DNA of 38,125 nucleotides, taken from Acidimicrobiaceae bacterium. Its GTDB lineage: Bacteria > Actinomycetota > Acidimicrobiia > Acidimicrobiales > JACDCH01. The translations under genes and the position numbers were made by a program. Positions 16,444-30,676 of the stretch are shown in pieces (position 1 is the first letter of the stretch; each line of letters begins with the position of its first letter). The stretch is taken from contig JBEEFX010000277.1 in assembly GCA_041166365.1 (NCBI GenBank), forward strand, positions 1 through 38,125. The letters are read 5' to 3'. Below the pieces are notes generated by a model. It ran no database searches and was not told the DNA's origin. It saw only the letters and a program-made list of their open reading frames with translations.

Positions 16444-19400
16444 ATGAGCTTGTTCGATCTCCCGAAGCTGCTGCGCGAGGACCCCGCCCTTCTCGAAGTT
16501 CGGGGGCGGACGCACGCGCTCATCGCCGTGCCGGAGCCGGCTCGTGCGTTCACGATCGCCGGTCTCGTCGCCACCACGAAGCGCCGCCCGTACCTCATTG
16601 CCGTGCCGACGACGGCCGACGGCGAGCGGTTGGCCCACGACCTCGGTGCCTTCCTCGGGCCTGACCGCGTCGACCTCTTCCCCGCGTGGGAGACCCTGCC
16701 GTTCGAACGGGTGAGCCCCGGTGTCGAGACGATGGGCCGCCGCCTGCGCACGATCTGGCGGCTGTTGGAGCCCGAGCGGGCGCCCGACGTCGTCATCGCG
16801 CCGATCCGTGCCCTGGCCCAGCGCCTCGGCCCCGATGTCGAGAAGGTCGAGCCCGTCGAGATCGAGATCGGGCAGCGCCGCGACCGCGACGAGCTCGTGA
16901 TGGCGCTGGTGCAGGCCGGTTACCGCCGAGAGGACCAGGTCGAGCACCGCGGCGAGGTGGCGGTACGCGGCTCGATCGTCGACATCTACCCGTCGACCGC
17001 CGACCTACCGGTGCGCGTCGACCTCTGGGGCGACGAGATCGATCGTCTCAGCGAGTTCTCCGTCAGCGACCAGCGGTCGACGAACCCGCTCGACCGCGTC
17101 GTCGTCTTTCCGTGCCGGGAGCTGCTGCCGACCGACGAGGTGCGCGAGCGCGCCGACCGGCTCATCGGTCGCGAACCGTGGGGCCGCGAGCAATGGGAGC
17201 GACTCGCCAACGGGCTGGCATTCGACGGGATGGAGTCCTGGCTCCCGTGGCTCGTCGAGCGCGAGCACGTGCTGCTCGATCTGCTTCCGAGCGACGCGCA
17301 GATCGTCCTCGTCGAGCCGAAGCGGCTCCGCGACCGCGCCGCAGACATCTTGGCCGAGGAAGCCGATCTCGCTCGCACGCTCGCCAAGACCTGGGGCGCC
17401 GACGCCGCCGGCACCACCGAGTTCCCGAGCCTGCACATGCCCTTCGACCGGCTGCTCGCGCACACCGACGCGCCGGTCTGGACGATGACGGTCGCGCCGG
17501 AAGGGCCGAGCGTCACCACCATCCAAGCGATGGGCTGGGACCCGGTCGTCGGCAACGGCGACCGCCTCATGAGCCAGCTCGCCAACCTGCGCCAGCAGGG
17601 CTACCGCATCGTCGTCGGCGCCGACAACGAAGCGTCGGCGGCGCGCATCCGCCGGTTGCTCGACGAGCACGGCCTCGAGCCCGAGCTCCAGGTCGCGTCG
17701 CTCGAGCGCGGCTTCATCCTTCCGGCGATCAAGCTCGCGGTGCTCGCGGAGGCGGATCTCACCGGCCGGCGCCGTGCCCACCGGCCGGCCCGCACCCGCC
17801 GCTGTACGGACGCGGCCAAGTTCTTCGACGACCTCTCGCCCGGCGACTACGTCGTGCACCACCAGCACGGTCTCGCGCGATTCGGCGGCATGGTGAAGCG
17901 CGCCATCAACAGCGTCGAGCGCGACTACCTGCTGCTCGAGTACCGAGGCGACGACAAGCTGTACGTGCCGTCCGACCAGATCGACACGGTCCGGCACTAC
18001 ACGGGTGGCGAGCAGCCGACGTTGAGCAAGCTCGGCGGCGGGGACTGGGCCAAGACGAAGGCGCGGGTCAAAGCCGAGGTCACCCAGATCGCTCAAGAGC
18101 TCGTCGTGCTGTACCAGACCCGTGTGCACAGCCCCGGACACGCCTACCCGGCGGACACGCCGTGGCAGCAGGAGCTCGAAGACGCGTTCCCGTATCAAGA
18201 GACCGTCGACCAGATGCAGGCGATCGTCGACGTGAAGGCCGACATGGAACAGGCGCGGCCCATGGACCGGCTGGTCTGTGGCGACGTCGGCTTCGGCAAG
18301 ACGGAAGTGGCGATCCGCGCCGCATTCAAGGCCATTCAGGACAACCGACAAGTCGCCGTGCTCGTGCCGACGACGTTGCTGGCACAGCAGCACGGGCAGA
18401 CGTTCGCCGAGCGATTCTCCGGTTACCCCGTTCGTGTCGAGGTGCTCTCTCGCTTTCTCACGCCGAAGCAGGCCGACAAGGTGGTGCAAGGACTCGCCGA
18501 CGGCACCGTCGACCTCGTCATCGGCACCCATCGATTGCTGTCGGAGGACATCCGCTTCAAGAACCTCGGTCTCCTGGTCGTCGACGAAGAGCAGCGCTTC
18601 GGTGTGAGCCACAAGGAGCGCATCAAGGAATTCAAGACCGACATCGACGTGCTCACGCTCACCGCAACCCCCATCCCCCGAACGTTGGAGATGAGCCTCA
18701 CCGGCATCCGCGATCTCACGTTGCTCAACACGCCCCCGGCCGAGCGGCAGCCGATCCTCACGTATGTCGGCGCCTACGACGAGCGAGCGGTGGGTGAGGC
18801 GATCCGCCGCGAGCTGTTGCGGGAGGGTCAGGTGTTCTTCGTGCACAACCGTGTGATGGACATCGAGCACACCGCGGCCGGCATTCGTGAGCTGGTGCCA
18901 GAAGCCCGCGTCGCGGTGGCGCACGGGCAGATGGACGAGGGCACGCTCGAGAAGGTCGTGCTCGACTTCTGGGAGGGCGATTACGACGTGCTGGTGTGCA
19001 CGACGATCATCGAGTCGGGCATCGACATGCCCACCGTGAACACGCTCGTCGTGGACCGCGCCGACCGGCTCGGTCTCGGCCAGTTGCATCAGTTGCGCGG
19101 CCGCGTCGGCCGTGCCGGTATGCGGGCGTACGCCTACCTCTTCTATCCGCCGGAGAAGCCGCTCACCGAGGAGGCCTACGAGCGCCTCAAGACGATCGGC
19201 GAGACCACCGAGTTGGGGAGCGGCTTCAAGATCGCGATGCGCGACCTCGAGATCCGCGGCGCCGGCAACCTGCTCGGTACCGGGCAGTCGGGTCACATCG
19301 CCGCCGTCGGCTACGACCTGTACTGCCAGATGGTCAACGAAGCGGTCGCCGAGTTGAAGGGGGAGCCGCTCCGTGAGCCGGCGGAGATCAAGCTCGACCT

Positions 19401-19872
19401 GCCGATCGACGCCAACCTCCCGAAGGATTACGTGATCCGTGAGGACCTCCGCCTCGAGGCCTATCGCCGGCTCGCCGCCGTCACCTCCCCGGAGGAAGTG
19501 GCAGACATCCGCACCGAGTGGGAGGACCGGTACGGGCCCGTGCCCGCGCCGGCCGGGGCGCTGCTCGATGTCGCCCGCCTCCGCGCCGAGTGCGTGCGTA
19601 CCGGGATCAGAGAGATCAACGTGAGCAAGGGGCCCGGCTTCGGCGGACCGGCGTACATCGTGCGGCTCAGCCCCCTCGATCTGAAGGTGAGCCAGGAGGT
19701 CCGCCTCGCCCGCCTGGTCGCCGAGGCCGTCTACAAGGCCGAGGCCAAGCAGCTCCAACTGCCGGTGCGCAAGCCGGGAGAGCTGGTCGAAGGCTTGCTG
19801 ACCTTCCTCCAGAAACTGGTCCCGCCCGATTCTGTCGAGGCGGGCCGACCCTCTAACCTCGGCGGCTCGTGA
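16444..19872 (+). CDS. mfd: Transcription-repair coupling factor
   Basis: FPAWETLPFE, CarD-like GDYVVHHQHG, MDRLVCGDVGFGKTE, VDEEQRFGV, TATPIPRTL, QLRGRVGR, RDLEIRGAGNLLG, TRCF C-terminus. Confidence 0.98.
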   Translation: MSLFDLPKLLREDPALLEVRGRTHALIAVPEPARAFTIAGLVATTKRRPYLIAVPTTADGERLAHDLGAFLGPDRVDLFPAWETLPFERVSPGVETMGRRLRTIWRLLEPERAPDVVIAPIRALAQRLGPDVEKVEPVEIEIGQRRDRDELVMALVQAGYRREDQVEHRGEVAVRGSIVDIYPSTADLPVRVDLWGDEIDRLSEFSVSDQRSTNPLDRVVVFPCRELLPTDEVRERADRLIGREPWGREQWERLANGLAFDGMESWLPWLVEREHVLLDLLPSDAQIVLVEPKRLRDRAADILAEEADLARTLAKTWGADAAGTTEFPSLHMPFDRLLAHTDAPVWTMTVAPEGPSVTTIQAMGWDPVVGNGDRLMSQLANLRQQGYRIVVGADNEASAARIRRLLDEHGLEPELQVASLERGFILPAIKLAVLAEADLTGRRRAHRPARTRRCTDAAKFFDDLSPGDYVVHHQHGLARFGGMVKRAINSVERDYLLLEYRGDDKLYVPSDQIDTVRHYTGGEQPTLSKLGGGDWAKTKARVKAEVTQIAQELVVLYQTRVHSPGHAYPADTPWQQELEDAFPYQETVDQMQAIVDVKADMEQARPMDRLVCGDVGFGKTEVAIRAAFKAIQDNRQVAVLVPTTLLAQQHGQTFAERFSGYPVRVEVLSRFLTPKQADKVVQGLADGTVDLVIGTHRLLSEDIRFKNLGLLVVDEEQRFGVSHKERIKEFKTDIDVLTLTATPIPRTLEMSLTGIRDLTLLNTPPAERQPILTYVGAYDERAVGEAIRRELLREGQVFFVHNRVMDIEHTAAGIRELVPEARVAVAHGQMDEGTLEKVVLDFWEGDYDVLVCTTIIESGIDMPTVNTLVVDRADRLGLGQLHQLRGRVGRAGMRAYAYLFYPPEKPLTEEAYERLKTIGETTELGSGFKIAMRDLEIRGAGNLLGTGQSGHIAAVGYDLYCQMVNEAVAELKGEPLREPAEIKLDLPIDANLPKDYVIREDLRLEAYRRLAAVTSPEEVADIRTEWEDRYGPVPAPAGALLDVARLRAECVRTGIREINVSKGPGFGGPAYIVRLSPLDLKVSQEVRLARLVAEAVYKAEAKQLQLPVRKPGELVEGLLTFLQKLVPPDSVEAGRPSNLGGS

Positions 19873-20903
19873 AACGCCTCGCCGCGCTCGTGGTCTGCAC
19901 GCTCGCTCTCGGAGCGGCCTGCTCCCGCTCGTCGAGCGCGCCCGCCGCGACCGTGAACGGCACGACGATCTCCACACAGGATCTCGTCGAGGAGCTCAAT
20001 GCGATCGAGGCAAACGGGGACTTCATCAACTCGCTCCAGTCCGGTTCGCCGACGGGCGGCATCACCGTGGTCGGTTCCACGCCGGGGTCCTTCGACGCGG
20101 CCTTCGTCGCGCAGGTCCTGTTGCGCCAGCTCGACTATGCGCTGATCCATTCGGAGGTCGGAAAGCGCCACGTCGCCATCGACGACGCGTGCCGGCTAGA
20201 AGCTCGCAACGACGCGATGCTCAACCTCGGTCAGCAGAACGCGGCGGGCGGCCAACAGCTCTTCGACAAGTTCCCGAAGCGTTATCAGGATGTTCTCGTC
20301 GCGCGTAATGCCGATGTGATCGCGCTCGAGGCCGCGCTGACCGGTCAGCAATGCGGCAAGGGCGTCGACGCGGCGGGGTACTACAGCACGCATCCCGACG
20401 ACTTCACCAAGCTGTGCATCTCGCTCATCGCAGTGAGCGACCAGGCCACGGCCGACTCGGTGCTCGTCCGCGCTCGCGCCGGTGAGGACTTCGCGGCCCT
20501 CGCCCGCGAGGTGTCGATCGAGCCGACGTCGAAGGAGACCGGTGGCGACATCGGCTGTCGCCTCCCGTCCGAGTTCAATCCGACGGTGGCGGACGTGCTG
20601 AAGGCAGGCAAGACGGGCGCGGTCCTCGATCCGATTCCCGGCAACGGCGGGATCAGCATCGTGAAGATCACCGACCGGCAGGTCGCGCCGCTCGAGGAAG
20701 TGCGAGCGCAGGCAGAGGAGCTCGCCACGTCCACGGCCGGGCAGGCCTTCAGTACGTGGCTGCGCCAGGCGCGCTCCGAGGCCACGGTCACGGTCGAACC
20801 TCGGTACGGCACCTTCGATCCGGCAACGTTCCAGATCAACGCACCCACGCTCGACCCAGGGTCGGGCTCGTCGTCGTCCTCCTCTTCGACTGACTCCCCG
20901 TGA
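19869..20903 (+). CDS. PrsA/SurA-like parvulin peptidyl-prolyl isomerase lipoprotein
   Basis: Lipobox LGAAC, AATVNGTTIS, and PpiC motif GEDFAALAREVSIEPTSKETGGDIG. Located between mfd and mazG. Confidence 0.82.
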   Translation: MKRLAALVVCTLALGAACSRSSSAPAATVNGTTISTQDLVEELNAIEANGDFINSLQSGSPTGGITVVGSTPGSFDAAFVAQVLLRQLDYALIHSEVGKRHVAIDDACRLEARNDAMLNLGQQNAAGGQQLFDKFPKRYQDVLVARNADVIALEAALTGQQCGKGVDAAGYYSTHPDDFTKLCISLIAVSDQATADSVLVRARAGEDFAALAREVSIEPTSKETGGDIGCRLPSEFNPTVADVLKAGKTGAVLDPIPGNGGISIVKITDRQVAPLEEVRAQAEELATSTAGQAFSTWLRQARSEATVTVEPRYGTFDPATFQINAPTLDPGSGSSSSSSSTDSP

Positions 20904-22181
20904 CCCCGCGGGTCACCGTTGTGGGCCTCGGCCCCGCCGGGCCCGAGCTGGTCACCGCCGCGACGAGCGCGGCCATCGAACGCATCGAGGTTCGCTTCGT
21001 TCGCACCACGCGCCATGCCGCCGCCTCGGTGGTCGAGCCCGCGGAGTCGTTCGACCAGATCTACGAAGAGGCGGCCTCTCTCGACGACGTCTATCGAACG
21101 ATCGTCCACCGACTCCTGCGCGCCGCCGAAGCGCACGGCGCGGTGTTGTACGCCGTTCCGGGGTCGCCCGCCGTCGCCGAGCGCACGGTCGCGTTGTTGC
21201 GCGACGAGGCCAAGGCCGGACGCATCGACGTGGAGATCCTGCCTGCGCTGTCGTTCGTCGATCTCGCGTGGCACCGACTCGGTGTCGATCCGGTCGCTGA
21301 GGGAGCGAGGATCGTCGACGGACATCGATTCGCCGTCGAAGCGGCGGGGGAGCGCGGCCCGCTTCTTGTCGCGCAATGCGACAGCCGTGCCGTGCTGTCC
21401 GAGGTCAAGCTCGCGATCGACCTGGACGGACCTCCGATCGTCGTGCTCCAGCGGCTCGGTGCCGACGACGAGTCCATCGTCACCGTCGAACGCAGCGAGA
21501 TCGATCGCGTCGTCGAGCCGGACCACCTCACGTCATTGTGGATCGACGGGGTGGCGCCGGCGGTTGCCTCCGAGGTCGCGCGGTTCGACGAGCTCGTGCA
21601 CGTGCTGCGTGAGCGATGCCCGTGGGATCGCGAACAGACGCACACGACGCTCACCCGCCACCTGCTCGAGGAGACGTACGAGGTGCTCGAGGCCATCGAG
21701 CACCTCGACACCGAGACCGGCGAAGGGTACGAGCACCTCGAGGAGGAGCTCGGCGATTTGTTGTTCCAGATCTGCTTTCACGCGACGCTCGCCGGCGAGC
21801 AGGGCGCTTTCACGCTCGCCGATGTCGCACGAGGCATCCACGACAAGCTCGTGACACGCCATCCACATGTCTTTGCGGACGTCGAGGCCGCCGACTCGGG
21901 GACCGTGATGCGCAACTGGGAGCAGATCAAGCAGGCGGAGAAGGGTCGGGAGAGCATCTTCGACGGCATCCCCACGGCCCTGCCCGCGCTGCTCTACGCG
22001 CACAAGGTCGTGCGCAAGGCGAAGTCGCTGGGCATCGATGTGGCGTTGCCCTCGCCCATGGTCGATCCCGACGACATCGGCCCCGCGCTGCTCGCGGTCG
22101 TCGCGGCCGCTCGCGCGCTCGACGTCGATCCGGAGGCGGCCCTTCGCGCCGCGGTCGTGGAGCTCCGCGAACGTGCCTCGG

Positions 22182-22198
<17 letters not shown>
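20900..22198 (+). CDS. mazG: Tetrapyrrole-methylase-like / MazG NTP pyrophosphohydrolase fusion (YabN-type)
   Basis: N-terminal VVGLGPAG, YAVPGSPAVAE. MazG core LRERCPWDREQTH, LLEETYE, EEELGDLLFQ, KLVTRHPHVF. Confidence 0.92.
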
Positions 22199-26476
<4,278 letters not shown>

Positions 26477-26479
26477 CGT

Positions 26480-26524
26480 CTGGTGCGCACCGGAGTGACG
26501 TTCGCTCACCTCCGTGCGCACCAG
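26480..26524. repeat. GC-rich inverted repeat (REP-like or terminator)
   Basis: CTGGTGCGCAC-CGGAGTGA-loop-TCACCTCC-GTGCGCACCAG, with perfect 11-bp outer arms. Confidence 0.6.
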
Positions 26525-26548
26525 TGAGCACAGATAGTGTCCCGAGCG

Positions 26549-28828
26549 ATGAGCATTCTCGGCACTCGCGTCGCGCGCGTTGAAGACCCACGGTTTCTCA
26601 CTCGGGGCGGCACCTACATGGCCGACTTCCGGGATCCGCTCTTGGACGGCGCTCTGTACGTCACCTTCGTGCGGTCGACCCTGGCGCACGGCACGTTCAC
26701 GATCGACGTCAGCGCCGCCGCAACGATGCCGGGCGTGCACGCCGTGTTCACGCACTCGGATCTCGACATCGGCCCGATGCCTCTGCCGATCTTCATGTTG
26801 AACCCGGTGATGGTGAGGCCGATCCTCGCCGATGATCGCGTGCGTTTCGTCGGCGAGCTGATCGCGGCGATCGTGGCGGAGACGCCCGAGCAGGGAGCGG
26901 ACGCCGCGGAGATGGTCATCGCCGACTACGAGCCGCTGCCCGTGCTCGTCGATCCCGAAGAGTCGGCGCGCAACGAAACGCTGCTCTTCGAGGAGGCCGG
27001 CACGAACTCCGCGTTCGAGTTGATGTTCGGGCACTCCGACGACTTGTTCGAGGGGTGCGAGGTCGTAGTCACCCAGCGGGTCCTCAACTCCAAGGTGGCC
27101 GCCGCGCCGCTCGAGGTCCGCGGCGCAGCGGCCGCGTGGGACGCCAACGGCAAGCTGAACCTCTGGTTGTCGACCCAGCACGCGCACGGCGCGCGCGACG
27201 CGGCCGCCGCCCTCTTCGGGCTCGAGCTCGATGGCTTGCGCGTCGCCACTCCCGATGTCGGTGGAGGATTCGGCGCGAAGACCGGGCTCTACCCCGAAGA
27301 GGTCATGACGGCGTGGGTGGCTCGCCGGCTCGGCCGGCCCGCCCGATGGCACGAGACCCGCTCCGAGAACATGGTCGGGATGGGCCACGGTCGCGGCCAG
27401 ATACAGACCGTCGAGATCGGCGGTTCGCGCGACGGCAACGTCGAGGCGTATCGATTGACGGTGCTCCAGGACGGCGGTGCGTACGGGTCAGTCGGTGCGA
27501 TCCTGCCGTTCCTCACGCGCATGATGGCGCCGGGTGTGTACGCGATCCCGAAGGTCGAGTGCAACAGCAACTCCGTGGTCACGAACACGACACCGCTCAC
27601 CGCGTACCGGGGGGCAGGCCGACCGGAGGCGGCTGCCGCGATCGAGCGGGCGATGGACCTGTTCGCAGCCGAGATCGGCATGGATGCCGTCGCAGTCCGA
27701 CGGCGAAACCTGATGCCGAAGTTCGACACGCCCACGACCACCGCGGTCGACACGTCCTACGACAACGGCGACTACGAGACCGCGCTCGACCTCGCGCTGA
27801 GCTCCGTGGGCTACGACGGCCTGCGGACCGAGCAGAAGCGCCGTCGCGATGCCGGTGACTCGATCGCCATGGGGATCGGTGTGTCGGTCTACGTCGAGGT
27901 CACCGCGGGACCGACCGCCGGCTCCGAGCACGCCCGGATCGAGGTGCACCCGGACGGCGGCGCGACGGTGTACACCGGCTCCTCGCCTCACGGGCAAGGA
28001 CACGAGACGGCGTTCGCGATGATCGTGCAGGAGACGACCGGCATCCCGATGGACCGCGTGAAGCTCGTGTGGGGCGACACCGATCTCGTCGCGAAGGGCG
28101 AAGGGACGATGGGCTCGCGGTCCCTACAGCTCGGGGGCTCTGCGGTGTTGCGCGCCTCCGAGCAGGCCGTCGACGAGGCTCGCAATCTCGCAGCCGAACT
28201 GCTCGAGGCCAGCCCTGACGACGTCGTGCTCGACACCGTGTCCGGCCAGTTCCATGTCACCGGCACACCGGCCGTGGCGCGTTCGTGGGCCGAGGTCGCG
28301 ACCGCGGCCGCCGAGCGCGGCGACGGTACCGGGATCTGTGGTGTCGTCGACTTCCAAGCCGACTCCACGACGTTCCCTTTTGGGTGCCACGTTGCGGTCG
28401 TCGACGTCGACACCGAGACGGGGCGTGTAGTGCTGTCGCGCATGCTCACCGTCGACGACGCCGGCCGCATCGTCAACCCGTTGCTGGTCGAGGGGCAGCG
28501 CCATGGGGGCATCGGTCAAGGCGCGGCGCAAGCGTTGCTCGAAGAGGTGCGGTACGACGCTGACGGCAATCCGATCACGGCCAACTTCGCCGACTACGGG
28601 ATCATCTCCGCCACCGAGCTGCCGGACTTCGAGCTCGTCACGATGGAGACGCCGACTCCGATGAATCCCCTCGGCGCCAAGGGCATCGGTGAATCCGGCA
28701 CGATCGGGTCGACTCCCGCCGTGCAGAGCGCGGTGTGTGACGCGTTGGCCCACCTCGGGGTTCGGCACGTCGACATTCCGTGCACGCCCGAACGCGTGTG
28801 GCGGGCGATCCAAGCGGCGTCAGGTTGA
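26549..28828 (+). CDS. Xanthine dehydrogenase family molybdopterin-binding subunit (CoxL/CutL form II-like)
   Basis: RVEDPRFL, DVGGGFGAK, AYRGAGRPEA, HGQGHET, GTMGSRS, NPLGAKGIGESGT. Confidence 0.93.
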   Translation: MSILGTRVARVEDPRFLTRGGTYMADFRDPLLDGALYVTFVRSTLAHGTFTIDVSAAATMPGVHAVFTHSDLDIGPMPLPIFMLNPVMVRPILADDRVRFVGELIAAIVAETPEQGADAAEMVIADYEPLPVLVDPEESARNETLLFEEAGTNSAFELMFGHSDDLFEGCEVVVTQRVLNSKVAAAPLEVRGAAAAWDANGKLNLWLSTQHAHGARDAAAALFGLELDGLRVATPDVGGGFGAKTGLYPEEVMTAWVARRLGRPARWHETRSENMVGMGHGRGQIQTVEIGGSRDGNVEAYRLTVLQDGGAYGSVGAILPFLTRMMAPGVYAIPKVECNSNSVVTNTTPLTAYRGAGRPEAAAAIERAMDLFAAEIGMDAVAVRRRNLMPKFDTPTTTAVDTSYDNGDYETALDLALSSVGYDGLRTEQKRRRDAGDSIAMGIGVSVYVEVTAGPTAGSEHARIEVHPDGGATVYTGSSPHGQGHETAFAMIVQETTGIPMDRVKLVWGDTDLVAKGEGTMGSRSLQLGGSAVLRASEQAVDEARNLAAELLEASPDDVVLDTVSGQFHVTGTPAVARSWAEVATAAAERGDGTGICGVVDFQADSTTFPFGCHVAVVDVDTETGRVVLSRMLTVDDAGRIVNPLLVEGQRHGGIGQGAAQALLEEVRYDADGNPITANFADYGIISATELPDFELVTMETPTPMNPLGAKGIGESGTIGSTPAVQSAVCDALAHLGVRHVDIPCTPERVWRAIQAASG

Positions 28829-28874
28829 GGCCAGAGAGGGCTAGTTCCGCAACGAAGGGGTAGGTGTCCCCGCC

Positions 28875-29405
28875 ATGGACACTGGATTACTCATCCTCCG
28901 CCTCGTGGTCGGCCTGCTCCTCGCCGGTCACGGTGCGCAGAAGCTGTTTGGCTGGTTCGGCGGTCACGGCATCGAAGGAACCGGTGGGTTCTTTCACGGC
29001 CTCGGGTACCGGCCGGGGAAGCGTTGGGCGGTCGTCGCCGGCCTGAGCGAGTTCGGCGGTGGCGCCTTGCTCGCACTCGGTCTGTTCACCCCGCTGGCGG
29101 CAGCCGCGATCCTCGGAACGATGTTCAACGCCGTGATGTCGGTCCACGCGAAGAACGGCCCGTGGCTCACCAACAACGGTTGGGAGTACAACCTCGTCCT
29201 CGCGGCAAGCGCGGTGGCCGTGGCCTTCACCGGTCCCGGTGAGGTGTCGCTCGACTACGCGTTTGGCTGGGAGTTGGCAGGCACGGACTGGGGCATCGCG
29301 GCCCTCGCCCTCGGTGTTGGTGCGGGAATCGTCACCGACATCTATCGTCGGGTGGCGAACCGCGAGGCGAAGCTCCGCTCGCGCGACGTGCAAGCCACCG
29401 CCTGA
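28875..29405 (+). CDS. DoxX family membrane protein
   Basis: LRLVVGLLLAGHGAQKLFGWFGGHG, EFGGG, GWEY, GPGEVSLD. Confidence 0.92.
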   Translation: MDTGLLILRLVVGLLLAGHGAQKLFGWFGGHGIEGTGGFFHGLGYRPGKRWAVVAGLSEFGGGALLALGLFTPLAAAAILGTMFNAVMSVHAKNGPWLTNNGWEYNLVLAASAVAVAFTGPGEVSLDYAFGWELAGTDWGIAALALGVGAGIVTDIYRRVANREAKLRSRDVQATA

Positions 29406-29428
29406 CCCCAGCCGAGGAGAGACCGCCC

Positions 29429-29674
29429 GTGGATGATGCCGATGTGATTCGCAACATCGACGAGTTGGTCGAACGCGAGCATGCGCTCCGCGCCCAGCAC
29501 TCCGCCGGGGAAGGACTCAGCGACGACGAGCGCGCGGAGCTCGACCGGCTGGAGGTGCAGCTCGACCAGTGCTGGGATCTCCTCCGCCGCCGTCGCGCTC
29601 GCCGCGACCTGGGGGAAGACCCCGACGCCACGCCCCTCCGCGACGCCGACACCGTGGAGCACTACCAGCAGTAG
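29429..29674 (+). CDS. DUF2630 family protein
   Basis: LVEREHALR...LEVQLDQCWDLLRRRRARR...VEHYQQ signature. RBS GAGGAG. Confidence 0.9.
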   Translation: MDDADVIRNIDELVEREHALRAQHSAGEGLSDDERAELDRLEVQLDQCWDLLRRRRARRDLGEDPDATPLRDADTVEHYQQ

Positions 29675-29689
29675 GTCGGCGCCCTGCCC

Positions 29690-29739
29690 AAATCCCTTGC
29701 ACCGCGACACGTTTTTGTGTCGCTATGCAAGGGAATTGC
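29690..29739. repeat. 50-bp palindromic element AAATCCC-N34-GGGAATTGC (copy 2); may also act as a bidirectional terminator
   Basis: TCCCTTGCA-cc-GCGACAC-gttttt-GTGTCGC-ta-TGCAAGGGA between convergent genes. Confidence 0.62.
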
Positions 29740-30676
29740 TGACCGCCCACGCTTCGGCGACGGTGAGGAAGTCGCGCGCGAGTCGCTCGTGGCCCTCCTT
29801 CTCGAGCAGCAGCCCCGTGGACACCCGCTCGATGAAGCCCCATTCCCAGATCGCCTCGGCATCGGTGTTGGTCAGCCGGCTGAGGAGGCGACAGCGCTCC
29901 TGGCCGATCCGAAGCGCATCGCCGGCGAGGAGCTCGTCGTTGAACTCGCGCATCGGGATGGCGAGGTCGTACTCGCGATCAGCGATCAGTCCGTCCGGGT
30001 CGACGAACTTGAACCCCGACGCGCCGTCGCGCGCTTCGAGCGTGTTCCATCCATGGGCGTCACCGTGTACGAGCACGGCGCGCTCGGCGTCGAAGCTCGC
30101 GATTCGGTGCTCCGCGAACGACAGCGCCCGCGTCACTACGTGCTCCGAGCACGGCCGGTCGACTTCCTCCCACGCCCGTGCGATGAACTCGTGGAGCCAG
30201 CGCCCTTTGTCTGCGCCCGACGGCAGACCCGAGTGGTCGGCCGGCGCATTCCACAGCTGCGGGAGCGTCGCGCAGATGATCTCGATCTGTGACCGAACGG
30301 GTAGCGCGAGGTCGTTGAGCTGTCGCCCGAGCCGTTCCAGCAACAGCACTCGTCGTTCGGTGTCGTGGCGCAGGAGTCGAGCGCAGCCGCATCCGTTGGC
30401 GATCTCCAGCACGCGGATCTCGTTGCCGAGGTCGCCCAGACCTTCGAAGTCCGCGGGCATCGCCACCTTGATCACGGCTTTCACGCCCTCTGCGGTCGTG
30501 GCCTCGGCGACGCATGACGCCGTACCTCCGCTGAGCGTCGCGCCCACGGTGATGCCCCACTCCCGCTCGACCTCGTCGATCAGGGGGCCGAGGTCGTCCA
30601 GCCATCGTTGCCCGCTCACACCGTGCGACCTCGCCGTCTGACGCACAAGGTCGGGCACGTCGATGCGCCGACTCAC
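29723..30676 (-). CDS. Aminoglycoside/hydroxyurea-type phosphotransferase (APH(6)-like kinase)
   Basis: AVIKV, LLLERLG, Brenner motif HGDAHGWN, FVDPDG, EYDLA. Confidence 0.85.
   Translation of the reverse strand: MSRRIDVPDLVRQTARSHGVSGQRWLDDLGPLIDEVEREWGITVGATLSGGTASCVAEATTAEGVKAVIKVAMPADFEGLGDLGNEIRVLEIANGCGCARLLRHDTERRVLLLERLGRQLNDLALPVRSQIEIICATLPQLWNAPADHSGLPSGADKGRWLHEFIARAWEEVDRPCSEHVVTRALSFAEHRIASFDAERAVLVHGDAHGWNTLEARDGASGFKFVDPDGLIADREYDLAIPMREFNDELLAGDALRIGQERCRLLSRLTNTDAEAIWEWGFIERVSTGLLLEKEGHERLARDFLTVAEAWAVSNSLA

Noticed and set aside
26549-28828. Calling this a true aerobic CO dehydrogenase (coxL form I)
   Set aside because: It lacks the AYXCSFR Cu-binding motif, and coxM and coxS are not adjacent.
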